A stretch of 64,000 nt of DNA from the human T2T-CHM13v2.0 reference genome, Homo sapiens. The first letter of the stretch is position 1; the number at the start of each line of letters is the position of its first letter. Made by a program: the position numbers and the translations under genes. This document shows positions 40,393 to 55,300 of the stretch, one piece after another. The notes below the pieces were generated by a model that was not told where the DNA came from, did no database searches, and saw nothing but the letters and a program-made list of their open reading frames with translations. The stretch is taken from NCBI RefSeq assembly GCF_009914755.1, contig NC_060934.1; one strand, given 5' to 3'.

Positions 40393-43300
40393 GGAATGGT
40401 ATGGAGTGGAAAGGAATGGAATGGAAAGTAAAGGAATGGAATGCAATGGAATGCAATGGTCTGGAATGGAGTCAAACCGAGTGGAATGGAATGGAAAGGA
40501 ATGGAATAAATGGAATGGAATGGAATGAAATGGAATGGAGTGGAATGGAATAAACACCAGTGGAATGCAATGGAAAGGAATGGAGTGGAATGGAATGGAA
40601 TGGAATGGAATGGAATGGACAGGAATGGAATGGAATGGAATGGACTAGAATGGAATGGAATGGAATTAAATCAACCCAATTGGAATGGAATGGAATGCAA
40701 TGGAATGGAATGGAATCAACTGGAAAGGAACGAAATGGAATGGAATGGAATGGAATGAAATGGAATGGAATGGAATGGAAAGGAATGGAATCAACCCGAG
40801 TGGAATGCAATGGAATGGAATGGAATGGAATGGAATCAACCTGAGTTGAACGGATTGGAATGGAGTGGAATGGAATGGAACGGCATGGAATGCAATGCAA
40901 TCAACTAGAATGGAATGGAATGCAATGGAATGGAATAGAAAGGAATGGAATGGAATCGAATGGAATCAACCTGAGTGCAATGGAATGGAATGGAATGGAA
41001 TGAATGGAATGGAATGGAATGGATACTAATACAATGGAATGGAAAGGAAACAACCCCAGTGGAAGGGAATGCAATGGAATGCAATGGAGTGGAATGGAAT
41101 GGAATGGAATGGAATAGAATGGAATCAACCCGAGTGGAATGCAATGGAATGGAATGGAATGGTATGGAAAGGAATGGAATCAACCCGAGTGGTATGTATT
41201 GGAATGGAGTGGAATGGAATGGAATGGCATGGAATGCAATGGAATCAACTAGAATGCAATGGTATGGAATGGATTGGAATGGAATCGTACGGAATCAACC
41301 TGAGTGGAAAGGAATGGAATGGAATGGAATTAAATGAATGGAATGGAATGGAATGGAAACAAATGGAATGGAATGGAAAGGAAGCAACCAGAGTGAAATG
41401 GAATGCAAAGGAATGCAATGTTATGGAAAGAAATGGAATGGAATTCAATGTAATGGAAACAAACCGAGTGGAATGTAATGGAATGGAAAGGAATGGAATG
41501 TAATGGAATGTATTGGAATCAACCCGATTCCAATGCAACGGCATGGAATGGAATGGAATGGAATGGAAGGGAACAGAATGGAAGGGAAAGTAATGGAATG
41601 AACTGGAATGTAATGGAATGGAATGGAATTTAATGGAAAGGAATGGAATGGAATGGAATCAACCTGAGTGGAGTGGAATGGAATTGAATGGAAATGAATG
41701 GAATAGAATGGAATGGAATGAAAACGAATGGAATGGAATGAACCCGAGTGGAATGGAATGGAATGGAATGGAATGGAAAGGCACGGAATGGAATGGAATG
41801 GAATGGAATGGAATGGAAAGGAATCAACCCGAGTGGAATGGAATGGAATGGAAACAAACTGAGTGGAATGGAATGGAATGGAATGCAGTGGAATGGAATG
41901 GGGTGAAAGGCATTAGAATCAACTGGAATGGAATGGAATGGAATGGATTATAATGGAATGGAATGGAATCAATCTGGGTGGTATGCAATGTAATGGAATG
42001 GATTGGAATGGAATGGAATGGAATTCAATGTAATGGAAACAAACCGAGTGGAATGTAATACAATGGAAAGGACTGGAATGTAATGGAATGGATTGGAATC
42101 AACCCGATTCCAATGCAATGGAATGGAATGTAATGGAATGGAATGGAACGGAATCAAATGGAATGGAATCAACCCGAGTGGAATGTAATGGAATGGAAAC
42201 AAACAGAGTGGAATGGAATGGAATGGAATGCAGTGGAATATAATGGAGTGAAAGGCATTAGAATCAACTGTAATGGAATGGAATCGAATGGATTATAATG
42301 GAATGGAATGGAATCAATCCCGTTGGTATGGAATGGAATGGAATGGAATGGAATTCAATGTAATGGAAACAAACCGAGTGGAATGTAATATAATGGAAAG
42401 GACTGGAATGTAATGGAATGGATTGGAATCTACCCGATTCCAATGCAACGAAATGTAATGTAATTGAATGGAATGGAACGGAATGCAAAGGAATGGAATG
42501 AACTGGAATGGAATGGAATGGCATTGAATTTAACGGAATGGAAAGGAATGGAATGAAATGGAATGGAATCAACGCGAGTGGAGTGGAAAGGAATGGAATG
42601 GAAATGAATGGAATGGAAAGGAATGGAATGGAATGGAACGGAATGGAATGAACCCGAGTGGAATGGAATGGAATGGAATGGAATGGAAAGGAATGGAATG
42701 GAATGGAACGGAATGGAATGGAGTGGAATGTAACGGCATGGAATGGAATGGAATGGAGTGGAATCAACCCGAGTGGAATGGAATGTAATGGACTGTAATG
42801 GCATGGAATGGAATGGAATGGAGTGGAATAAACCCGAGTGGAATGGAATGGAATGCTATGGACTGGAATGGAATGGAATGGAATCAATCCGAGTGGAATG
42901 GAATGGAATGGAATGGAATCAATTCGACTGCAATGGAATGGAATGGAATGGAATGGAATGGAATGGAATGGAATCAATTCGAGTGCAATGTAATGGTATA
43001 GAATGGAATGGAATGGAATGGAATAGAATCAAACACAGTGGAATAGAATGGAAACGGATGGAATGGAATGGAATGGAATGGAATGGAATGGAAAGGAATG
43101 GAATGGAATGTAACGGCATGGAATGGAATGGAATGGAGTGGAATCAACCCGAGTGGAATGGAATGGAATGGACTGTAACGGCATGGAATGGAATGGAATG
43201 GAGTGGAATAAACCCGAGTGGAATGGAATGGAATGGTATGGACTGGAATGTAATGGAATGGAATCAATCCGAGTGGAATGTAATGTAATGGAATGGAATG

Positions 43301-46300
43301 GAATGGAATCAACCCGAGTGCAATGGAATGGAATGGAATGGAATGGAATGGAATGGAATAGAATGGAATCAATTCGAGTGCAATGTAATTGTATAGAATG
43401 GAATGGAATGGAATCAACCAGAGTGGAGTGGAATGGAATGGAATGGAATGCAATGGAATGGAATGGAATGGAATGAAACGGCATGGAATGGAATGGAATG
43501 GAGTGTAATCAACCCGAGTGGAATGGAGTGGAATGGACTGTAACGGCATGGAATGGAATGGAATAGAGTGGAATAATCCCGAGTGGAATGGAATGGAATG
43601 CAATGCACTGGAATGGAATGGAATGGAATCAAACCGAATGGAGCGGAATGGAATGGAATGGAATGGAATCAACCCGAGTGCAAGGGAATGGAATGGAATG
43701 GAATGGAATAGAATGAAATAAACAGGAGTGGAATGGAATGAAATGGAATGGAATGGAATGGAATTGAAGAGAATGGAATGGAATCAAGTCGAGTGGAAAG
43801 GAATGGGATGAAAAGGAATGGAATGGAATGGAAAGGAATGGAATGCAATGGAATGCAATATTATGGAATGGAATCAACACGAGTGGAATGGAATGGAACG
43901 GGATGGAATGGAATGGAATGGAATGAAATGCAATGGAATGGACAGGATTAGAATGGAATGGAATGGAGTAGAATTGACAGGAATGGAATGGAATGGAATG
44001 GAGTGGAATGGAATGGACTAGAATGGAATGGAATGGAATGAAATCAACACGATTGGAATGGAATGGAATGCAATGGAATGGAGTGGAATGGAATAAACAC
44101 CAGTGGAATGGAATGGAAAGGAATGGAATGGAATGGACAGGAATGCAATGGAATGGAATGGAATGCAATGGAATGGAATGGAATGGAATGGAATGGAATG
44201 GACTAGATTGGAATGGAATGGAGTGAAATCAACCCGATTGGAATGGAATGGAATGCAATGTAATGGAAGGGAATCAACTGGAAAGGAATGAAATGGAATG
44301 GAATGGAATGGAATGGAATCAACCCGAGTGGAATGCAAAGGAATGGAATGGAATGGAATGGAATGGAATGAAATCAGCCCGAATGGAATGGATTGGAATA
44401 GAGTGGAATGGAATGGAACGGCATGGAATGCAATGGAATCAACTAGAATGGAATGGAATGGGATGGAATGGAATGGAATGGAGTGGAATGGAGTAGAATG
44501 GAATGTAATGGAATGAAATCAACCAGATTGGAATGGAATGGAATGCAAATAAATGGAATGGAATCAACTGGAAAGGTATCAAATGGAACGGAAGGGAATG
44601 GAATGGAATGGAATGGAATTGAATGGAATGGAATCAACTCGATTGGAAAGGAAAGGAATGGAAAGGAATGGAATGGAAAGGAAAGGAATGGAATGCAATG
44701 GAATTCAATGGTATGGAATGGAGTCAACCCGAGTGGAATGGAATGGAAAGAATGGAATTAAATGGAATAGAATGGAATGCAATGGAATGGAGAGGAATGG
44801 AATAAACACCAGTGCAATGGAATGCAATGGAATGGAGTGGAATGGAACGGAGTGGAATGGAATGGAATGGACAGGAATGGAATGGAATGGAATGAAATCA
44901 ACCTGATTGCAATGGAGTGGAAACCAACGGAATGTAATGGAATCAACTGGAAAGGAATGAAATGGAATGGAATGGAATGGAATGGAATGGAATCAACTCG
45001 AGTGGAATGCAATGGAATGGAATGGAATGGAATGGAATCATCCCGATTGGAATGGATTGGAATGGAATGGAATGGAATGGAACGGCATGGAATGCAATGG
45101 AATCAACTAGAATGGAATAGAATGGAATGGATTGGAATGGAATCGAACGGAATCAACCTCAGTGTAATGGAATGGAATGGAATGGAATGAATGGAATGGA
45201 ATGGAATGGATACTAATGGAATGTAATGGAAACGAAACAACCCGAGTGGAATGGAATGCAATGGAATGCAATGGAATGGAATGGAATGGAATGGAATTCA
45301 ATGTAATGGAAAAAAACCGAGTGGAATGTACTGGAATGGAAAGTACTGGAATGTAATCGAATGGATTGAAATCAACCCGATTCCAATCCAACGGAATGGA
45401 ATGGAATGGAATGGAATGGAATGGAATGGAATGGAATGGAAAGGAAAGGAAAGGAATGGAATCAACTGGAATGGAATGGAATGGAATGGAATGGAATTTA
45501 ATGGAATGGAATGGAATTTAATGGAATGGAATAAAATGGAAACGAATGGAATGGAATGGACTAGAATGCAATGGAATGCAATGAACCCGAGTGACATGGA
45601 ATGGAATGGAATGGAATGGAATGGAATTGAATGGAATGGAATAAACACGAGTGGAATGGAATGGAATGGAATGGAATGGAAAGGAATGGACTAGAATGGA
45701 ATGGGAAGGAAAGGAATGGAATGAAATGGAATGCAATGGTATGGAATGGAGTCAACGCGAGTGGAATGGAATGGAATGGAATGGAATGAAATGGAACGGA
45801 ATGGCATGCAATTGAATGGAGTGGATTGGAATAAACAACAGTGGAATGGAATGCAATGGAATAGAGTGGAATGGAATAAACAACAGTGGAATGGAATGCA
45901 ATGGAATAGAGTGGAATGGAATAAACACCAGTGGAATGGAATGGAATGGAATGGAATGGAATGGAATGGAATGGAATGATCAGGAATGGAATGGAATGGA
46001 ATGGAATGGAAAGGACTAGAATTGAATGGAATAGAATGAAATCAACCCGATTGGAATGGAATGGAATGCAATGGAAGGGAATAGAATCACCTGGAAAGGA
46101 ATCAAAGGGAACGGAATGGAACGGAATGGAATGGAATGGAATGGAATGGAATCAACTCGAGTGGAAAGGAATGGAATGGAAAAGAAAGGAATGGAAAGGA
46201 AAGGAATGGTATGCAAAAGAATGCAAAGGTATGGAATGGAGTCAACCCGATTGGAACGGAATGGAATGGAATGGAATGAAATGGAATGGAATGGAATGCA

Positions 46301-49300
46301 ATGGAATGGAGTGTAATGGAATAAACAGCAGTGGAATGGAATGCAATGGAATGGAGTGGAATGGAATGGAATGGAATGGAATGGAATGGAATGGACAGGA
46401 ATGGAATGGAATGCAATGGAATGGAATTGAATGGAATGAAATGGAATGGACTAGATTGGAATGGAGTCAACCTGAGTGGAATGGATTGGAATGGAGTGGA
46501 ATGGAATGGAACGGCATGGAATGCAATGGAATCAACTAGAATGGAATGGAATGGAATGGATTGGAATGGAATCGAACGGAATCAAACTGAGTGGAATGGA
46601 ATGAATGGAATGGAATGGAATGGATACTAATGCAATGGAATGGAAAGGAAACAACTCGAGTGGAATGGAATGCAGTGGAATGCAATGGAATGGAATGGAA
46701 TGGAATGGAATGGAATGGAATGGAATAGAATCAACCCGAGTGGAATGGATTGGAATGGAGTGGAATGGAATGGAACGGCATGGAATGCAATGGAATCAAC
46801 TAGAATGGAATGGAATGGAATGGATTGGAATGGAATCGAACAGAATCAACCTGAGTGGAAAGGAATGGAATGGAATGGAATTGAATGAATGGAATGGAAC
46901 GGAATGGAAATTAATGGAATGGAATGGATTGGAAGCAACCCGAGTGGAATGGAATGCAACGGAATGCAAAGTTATGGAAAGGAATGGAATGCAATTCAAT
47001 GTAATGTAAACAAACCGAGTGGAATGTAATGGAATGGAAAGGACTGGAATGTAATGGAATGTATTGGAATCAACACGATTCCAATGCAACGGCATGGAAT
47101 GGAATGGAATGGAATGGAATGGAATGGAATGGAATGGAATTTAATGGAATGGAATGGAATGGAATTTAATGGAATGGAATGGAATGGAATGGAATCAACC
47201 CGAGTGGAGTGGAATGAAATGGAATGGAAATGAAAGGAATAGAATGGAATTGAAAAGAACGGAATGGAATGGAATGAACCCGAGTGGAATGGAAGGGAAT
47301 GGAATCGAATGGAAAGGCACGGAATGGAATGGAATGGAATGGAATGGAATCAACCCGAGTGGAATGGAATGCAATGGAAACAAACTGAGTGGAATGGAAT
47401 GTAATGGAATGGATTGGAATCAACCCGATTCCAATGCAACAGAATGGAATGTAATGGAATGGAGTGGAACGGAATGGAATGGAATGGAAAGGAATGGAAT
47501 GAACTGGAATGGAATGGAATAGCATGGAATTTAACGGAATGGAATGGAATGGAATGAAATGGAATGGAATAAACGCGAGTGGAGTGGAATGGAATGGAAA
47601 GGAAATGAATGGAATGGAATGGAATGGAACGGAACGGAATGGAATGAACCCGAGTGGAATGGAATGAAATGGAATGGAATGCAATGGAATGGAATGGAAT
47701 GGAATGGAATGGAATGGAATCTACCCGAGTGGAATGGAATGAAATGGAATGGAATGCAATGGAATGGAATGGAATGGAATGGAATGGAATCTACCCGAGT
47801 GGAATGGAATGGAAGGGAATCTGATGGAATGGAATGGAACGGAATGAACTGGAAAGGAACGGAATGCAATGGAATGGAGTGGAATGGAATAAACACCAGT
47901 GGAATGGAATGGAAAGGAATGGAATGGAATGGACAGGAAAGGAATGGAATGGAATGGCATGGAATTGAATCGAATGGAATGGACTAGAATGGAATGGAAT
48001 GGAGTGAAATCAACCCGATTGGAATGGAATGGAATGCAATGTAATGGAATGGAATCAACAGGAAAGGAATGAAATGGAATGGAATGGAATGGAATGGAAT
48101 GGAATGGAATGGAATGGAATGGAATGGAATCAACCCGAGTGGAATGCAATGGAATGGAATGGAAGGGAATGGAATGAAATCAGCCCGACTGGAATGGATT
48201 GGAATAGAGTGGAATGGAATGGAACGGCATGGAATGCAATGGAATCAACTAGAATGGATTGGAATGGGATGGAATGGACAGGAATGGAATGGAATGGAAT
48301 GGAGTGGAATGGAATAGAATGGAACGTAATGGAATGAAATCAACCCGATTGGAATGGAATTGAATGCAATTAAATGGAATGGAATAAAGTGGAAAGGAAT
48401 CAAATGGAACGGAATGGAATGGAATGGAATGGAATGGAATAGAATGGAATGGAATCAACTCGAGTGGAAAGGAAAGGAAGGGAAAGGAATGGAATGGAAA
48501 GGAAAGGAATGGAATGCAATGGAATTCAATGGTATGGAATGGAGTCAATCCGAGAGGAATGGAATGGAAAGAATGGAATTAAATGGAATAGAATGCAATG
48601 CAATGGAAGGGAGAGAAATGGAATAAACACCAGTGGAATGGAATGCAATGGAATGGAGTGGAATGGAATGGAGTGGAATGGAATGGAATGGAATGGACAG
48701 GAATGGAATGGAATGGAATGAAATCAACCCGATTGGAATGGAGTGGAATGCAACGGAATGGAATGGAATCAACTGGAAAGGAATGAAATGGAATGGAATG
48801 GAATGGAATGGAATGGAATGGAATCAACTCGAGGGGAATGGAATGGAATGGAAAGGAATGAAATGGAATGGAATGAAATGTAATGGAATGGAGTGGAGTG
48901 GAATAAACAGCAGTGGAATGGAATGGAATGGAATGGAATGGAATGGACAGGAATGAAATGGAATGGAATGGAATGGAATGGAATGGAATGGAATGGAATG
49001 GACTAGAATGGAATGGAATGGAATGAAATCAACCCGATTGGAATGGAGTGGAATGTAATGTAATGGAATGGAATCAACTGGAAAGGAATGAAATGAATGC
49101 AATGGAATGGAATGGAATGGAATGGAATGGAATGGACAGGAATGAAATGGAATGGAATGGTATGGAATGGAATGGAATGGAATGGAATGGACTAGAATGG
49201 AATGGAATGGAATGAAATCAACCCGATTGGAATGGAGTGGAATGTAATGGAATGGAATGGAATCAACCCGAGTGGAATGGAATGGAATGGAAAGGAATGG

Positions 49301-52300
49301 AATAAACACGAGTGGAATGGAATGGAATGGAATGGAATGGAATGGTATGAAATAGAATGGAGTGGAATCAACTCGATTGGAAAGGAATGGAATGGAAAGG
49401 AATGGAATGGAAAGGAATGGAATGGAATGCAATGGAATGCAATGGTATGGAATGGAGTCATCCCCAGTGGAATGGAATGGAATGCAATGGAATGAAATGG
49501 AATGGAATGGAATGCAATGGAATGGAGTGAAATGGAATAAACACCAGTGGAATGGAATGGAATGGAATGGAATGGAATGGACAGGAATGGAATGGAATGG
49601 AATGGAAGGGAGTGCAATGAAATAAACACGATTGGAATGGAATGGAAAGGAATGGAATGGAATGGAATGCAACTAACCTGAGAAGAATGCAATGGAATGG
49701 AATGGAATGGAATCAACCCGAATGGAATGGATTGGAATAGAGTGGAATTGAGAGGAACAGCATGGAATGCAATGGAATCAACTAGAATGGAATGGAATGC
49801 AATGGAATGGAATGGACAGGAATGGAATGGAATGGAATGGAATGCAATGGAGTATAATGGACTAGAATGGAATGGAATGGTATGAAATCAAACCGATTGG
49901 AAAGTAATGGAATGCAATGGAATGGAATGGAATCAACTGGAAAGGAATCAAATGGAACAGAATGGAATGGAATGGAATGGAATGGAATGGAATGGAATGG
50001 AATGGAATCAATCCGAGTGGAATGCAATGGAATTTAAATGGAATGGAATGGAATGCAATGGAATCAACCCGAGTGGAATGGATTGGAATGGAGTGGAATG
50101 AAATGGAACGGCATGGAATATAATGGAATCAACTAGAATGGAATGGAATGGAATGGATTGGAATGGAATCGAACGGAATCAACCTGAGTGGAATGGAATG
50201 GAATGGAACGAATGCAATGGAATGGAATGGACTGGAATGGAATGGAATAGAATGCACAGGAATAGAATGGAATGGAATGGAATGGAATGGAATGGACTAG
50301 AATGGAATGGAATGGAATGAAATCAACCCGATTTGAATGGTATACAATGCAGTGGAATGGAATGGAATCAACTGGAAAGCAAAGAAATGGAATGGAATGG
50401 AGTCGAATGGAATGGAGTGGAAAGGAATAAACACCAGTGGAATGGAATGCAATGGAATGGAGTGGAATGGAATGGAATGGAATGGAATGGAATCAACTGT
50501 AAAGGAATGAAATGGAATGGAATGGAATGGAATGGAATGGAATGGAATCAACCCGAGTGGAATGCAGTGGAATGGAATGGAATGGAATGGAATCAACTAG
50601 AATGGAATCAACCCGAGTGGAGTGGAATGGAATGGAATGGAATGGAGTGGAATGGAATAGAATGGAACGGAAGGAGTGGAATGGAATGTAATGGAATGGA
50701 ATGGAATCAACCCGAGTGGAATGCAATGGAATGGAATGGAATGGAATGGAATCAACTAGAATGGAATCAACCCGAGTGGAGTGGAATGGAATGGAGTGGA
50801 ATGGAATAGAATGGAACGGAAAGAATGGAATGGAATGGAATGGAATGGAATGTAATCAACCAGAGTGGAGTGGACTGGAATGGAAAGGAAATGAATGGAA
50901 TGGAATGGAATGGAACGGAACGGAATGCAATGAACCCGAGTGAAATGGAATGCAATAGAATGGAATGGAAACATCCCGAGTGGAATGGAATGGAAAGGAA
51001 TGGAATAAACACGAGTGGAATGGAATGGAATGGAAAGGAATGGACTAGAATGGAATGGAAAGGGAAGGAAGGGAATGCAATGGAATGCAATAGTATGGAA
51101 TGGAGTCAACCCGAGTGGAATGGAATGGAATGGAATGAAATGGAATGGGATGGAATGCAATGGAATGGAGTGGAATGGAATAACCAACAGTGGAATGGAA
51201 TGCAATGGAATAGAGTGGAATGGAATAAACAGCAGTGGAATGGAATGGAATGGAACGGAATGCAATGGAATGGAGTGGAATGGAATAAACAACAGTGGAA
51301 TGGAATGCAATGGAATAGAGATGAATGGAATAAACACCAGTGGAATGGAATGGAATGGAATGGAATGGAATGGAATGGTCAGGAATGGAATGGAATGGAA
51401 GGGAATGGAAAGGAATAGAATGGAATGGAATGGAATGAAATCAACACGATTGGAATGGAATGGAATGGAATGCAATGGAATGGAATGGAATCAACTAGAA
51501 AGGAATCAAAGGGAACGGAATGGAATGGAATGGAATGGAATGGAATGGAATGGAATAGAATGGAATATAATCAACTCGAGTGGAAAGGAATGGAATGGAA
51601 AGGAATGGAATGGAAAGGAAAGGAATGGAATGCAATGGTATGGAGTGGATTCAACCCGAGTGGAATGGAATGGAATGGAATGGAATGAAATGGAATGGAA
51701 TGGAATGCAATGGAATGGAGTGGAATGGAATAAACACCAGTGGAATGGAATGCAATGGAATGTAGTGGAATGGAATGGAAGGGAATGGAATGGACAGGAA
51801 TGGATTGGAATGGAATGGAATGGAATGGAATTGAATGGAATTAAATCCACCTGATTGGAATGCAATGGAATGCAATGGAATGGAATGGAATCAACAGGAA
51901 AGGAACGAAATAGAATGGAATGGAATGGAATGGAAAGGAATGGAATGAACTGCAATGGAATGGAATGGAATGGAATTTAATGGAATGGAATGGAATGCAA
52001 TGGAATCAACCCGAGTGGAGTGGAATGGAATAGAATGGAATGGAGTGGAATGGAATAGAATGGAACAGAAGGAACGGAATGGAATGGAATGGAATGGAAT
52101 GGGATGGGATGTAATCAACCAGAGTGGAGTGGAATGGAATGAAATGGAAATGAATGGAATGGAATGGAATGGAATGGAACGGAACGGAATGCAATGAACC
52201 CGAGTGAAATGGAATGGAATGGAATGGAATGGAATGGAATCATCCCGAGTGGAATGGAATGGAATGGAATGGAATAAACACGAGTGGAATGGAATGGAAT

Positions 52301-55300
52301 GGAAAGGAATGGACTAGAATGGAATGGAAAGGGAAGGAATGGAATGCAATGGAATGCAATAGTATGGATTGGAGTCAACCCGAGTGGAATGGAATGGAAT
52401 GGAATGGAACGGAACGGAATGCAATGATCCCGAGTGAAATGGAATGGATTGGAATGGAATGGAATCACCCTGAGTGGAATGGAATGGAATGGAATGGAAT
52501 AAACACGAGTGGAATGGAATGGAATGGAAAGGAATGGACTAGAATGGAATGGAAAGGGAAGGAATGGAATGCAATGGAATGCAATAGTATGGAATGGAGT
52601 CAACCCGAGTGGAATGTAATGGAATGGAATGGAATGAAATGGAATGGGATGGAATGCAATGGAATGGAGTGGAATGGAATAACCAACAGTGGAATGGAAT
52701 GCAATGGAATAGAGTGGAATGGAATAAACACCAGTGGAATGGAATGGAATGGAATGGAATGGAAAGGTCAGGAATGGAATGGAATGGAAAGGACTAGAAT
52801 GGAATGGAATGGAATGAAACCAACACGATTGGAATGGAATGGAATGCAATGGAATGGAATGGAATGGAATGGAATGGAATGGAATGGAATAGAATGGAAT
52901 AGAATCAACTCGAGTTGAAAGGAATGGAATGGAAAGGAATGGAATGGAAAGGAAAGGAATGGAATGCAATGGTATGGAATGGAGTCAACCCGAGTGGAAT
53001 GGAATGGAAAGGAATGGAATGAAATGGAACGGAAAGGAATGCAATGGAATGGAGTGGAATGGAATAAACACCAGTGGAATGGAATGCAATAGAATGGAGT
53101 GGAATGGAATGGAATGGAATGGAATGGACAGGAATGGAATGGAGTGGAATGGAATGAAATGGAATGGAATGGAATGGACTAGAATGGAATGGTAGGGAAT
53201 TAAATCAACCCGAATGGAATGGAATGGAATGCAATGGAATGGAATGGAATCAACTGGAAAGGAACGAAATGGAATGGAATGGAATGGAATGGAATGGAAT
53301 GGAATGGAATGGTATCCACCCGAGTGGAATGAAATGGAATGGAATGGAATCAACCCGTGTGGAATGGATTGGAATGGAGTAGAACGGAATGGAACAGCAT
53401 GCAATGCAATGGAAAAACCTAGAATGGAATGGAATGGAATCGAACGGAAACAACCTGAGTGGAATGGAATGGAATGGAATGGAATGGAATGGAATGAATG
53501 GAATAGAATGGAATGGATACTTATGCTATGGAATGGAAAGGAAAAAACCCGAGTGGAATGGAATGTAATGGAATGCAACGGAATGGAATGGAATGGAATG
53601 GAATGGAATCAACCCGAGTGGAATGGTTTCGAATGGAGTGGAATGGAATGGAATGGAATGGAATGCAATGGAATCAACTAGAATGGAATGGAATGGAATG
53701 GATTGGAATGGAATCGAAAGGAATCAACCTGAGTGGAAAGGAATGGAATGGAATGGAATTGAATTAATGGAATGGAATGGAATTGAATTAATGGAATGGA
53801 ATGGAATGGAAACTAATGGAATGGAATGGAAAGGAAGCAACCCGAGTGGAATAGAATGCAATGGAATACAATGTTATGGAAAGGAATGGAATGGAATGGA
53901 AACTAATGGAATGGAATGGAAAGGAAGCAATCCGAGTGGAATAGAATGCAATGGAATGCAATGTTATGGAAAGGAATGGAATGGAATTCAATGTAATGGA
54001 AACAAACCGAGTGGAATGTAATGGAATGGAAAGGACTGGAATGTAATGGAATGTATTGGAATCAACACGATTCCAATGCAACGGCATGGAATGGAATGGA
54101 GTGGAATGGAAGGGAACGGAATGGAATGGAAAGGAATGGAATGAACTGGAATGTAACGTAATGGAATGGAATGGAATGGAATTTAATGGAATGGAATGGA
54201 ATGGAATTTAATGGAATGGAATGGAATCAAACCGAGTGGAATGGAATGCAATGGAATGGAAATGAAAGGAATAGAATGGAATGGAAAAGAACGGAACGGA
54301 ATGGAATGAACCCGAGTGGAATGGAATGGAATTGAATGGAATGGAAAGGCACGGAATGGAATGGAAAGGAATGGAATGGAATCAACCCAAGTGGAATGGA
54401 ATGCAATGGAAACAAACTGAGTGGAATGGAATGGAATGCAATGGAATGTAATGGAGTGAAAGGCATTAGAATCAACTGGAATGGAATGGAATGGAATGGA
54501 TTATAATGGAATGGAATGGAATCAATCCGGGTGGTATGGAATGGAATGGAATGGAATGGAATGGAATGCAATTCAATGTAATGGAAACAAACCGAGTTGA
54601 ATGTAATATAATGGAAAGGACAGGAATGTAATGGAATGGATTGGAATCAACCCGATTCCAATGCAACGGAATGGAATGTAATGGAATGGAGCGGAACGGA
54701 ATGGAATGGAATGCAAAGGAATGGAATGAACTGGAATGGAAAGGAATGGCATGGAGTTTAACGGAATGGAATGGAATGGAATGAAAAGGAATGGAATCAA
54801 CGCGAGTGGAGTGGAATGGAATGGAATGGAAATGAATGGAATGGAATGGAACGGAACTGAATGGAATGAACCCGAGTGGAATGGAATGAAATGGAATGGA
54901 ATGGAATGGAATGGAATGGAATGGAATGGAATGGAATGGAATGGAATCTACCAGAGTGGAATGGAATGGAATGGAATCTGATGGAATGGAATGCAATGGA
55001 ATGAACTGGAAAGCAATGGAATGCAATGGAATGGAGTGGAATGGAATAAACACCAGTGGAATGGAATGGAATGGACAGGAATGGAATGCAATGGAACGGA
55101 ATGGAATGGAGTGGAATGGACTAGAATGGAATGGAATGGAATGAAATCAACCCGATTGGAATGGAATGGAATGCAATGGAATGGAATGGAATCAACCCAA
55201 TTGGAATGGAATGGAATGCAATGGAATGGAATGGAATCAACTGGAAAGGAATGAAATGAATGGAAAGGAATAGAAAGGAATGGAATGGAATCAACCCGAG

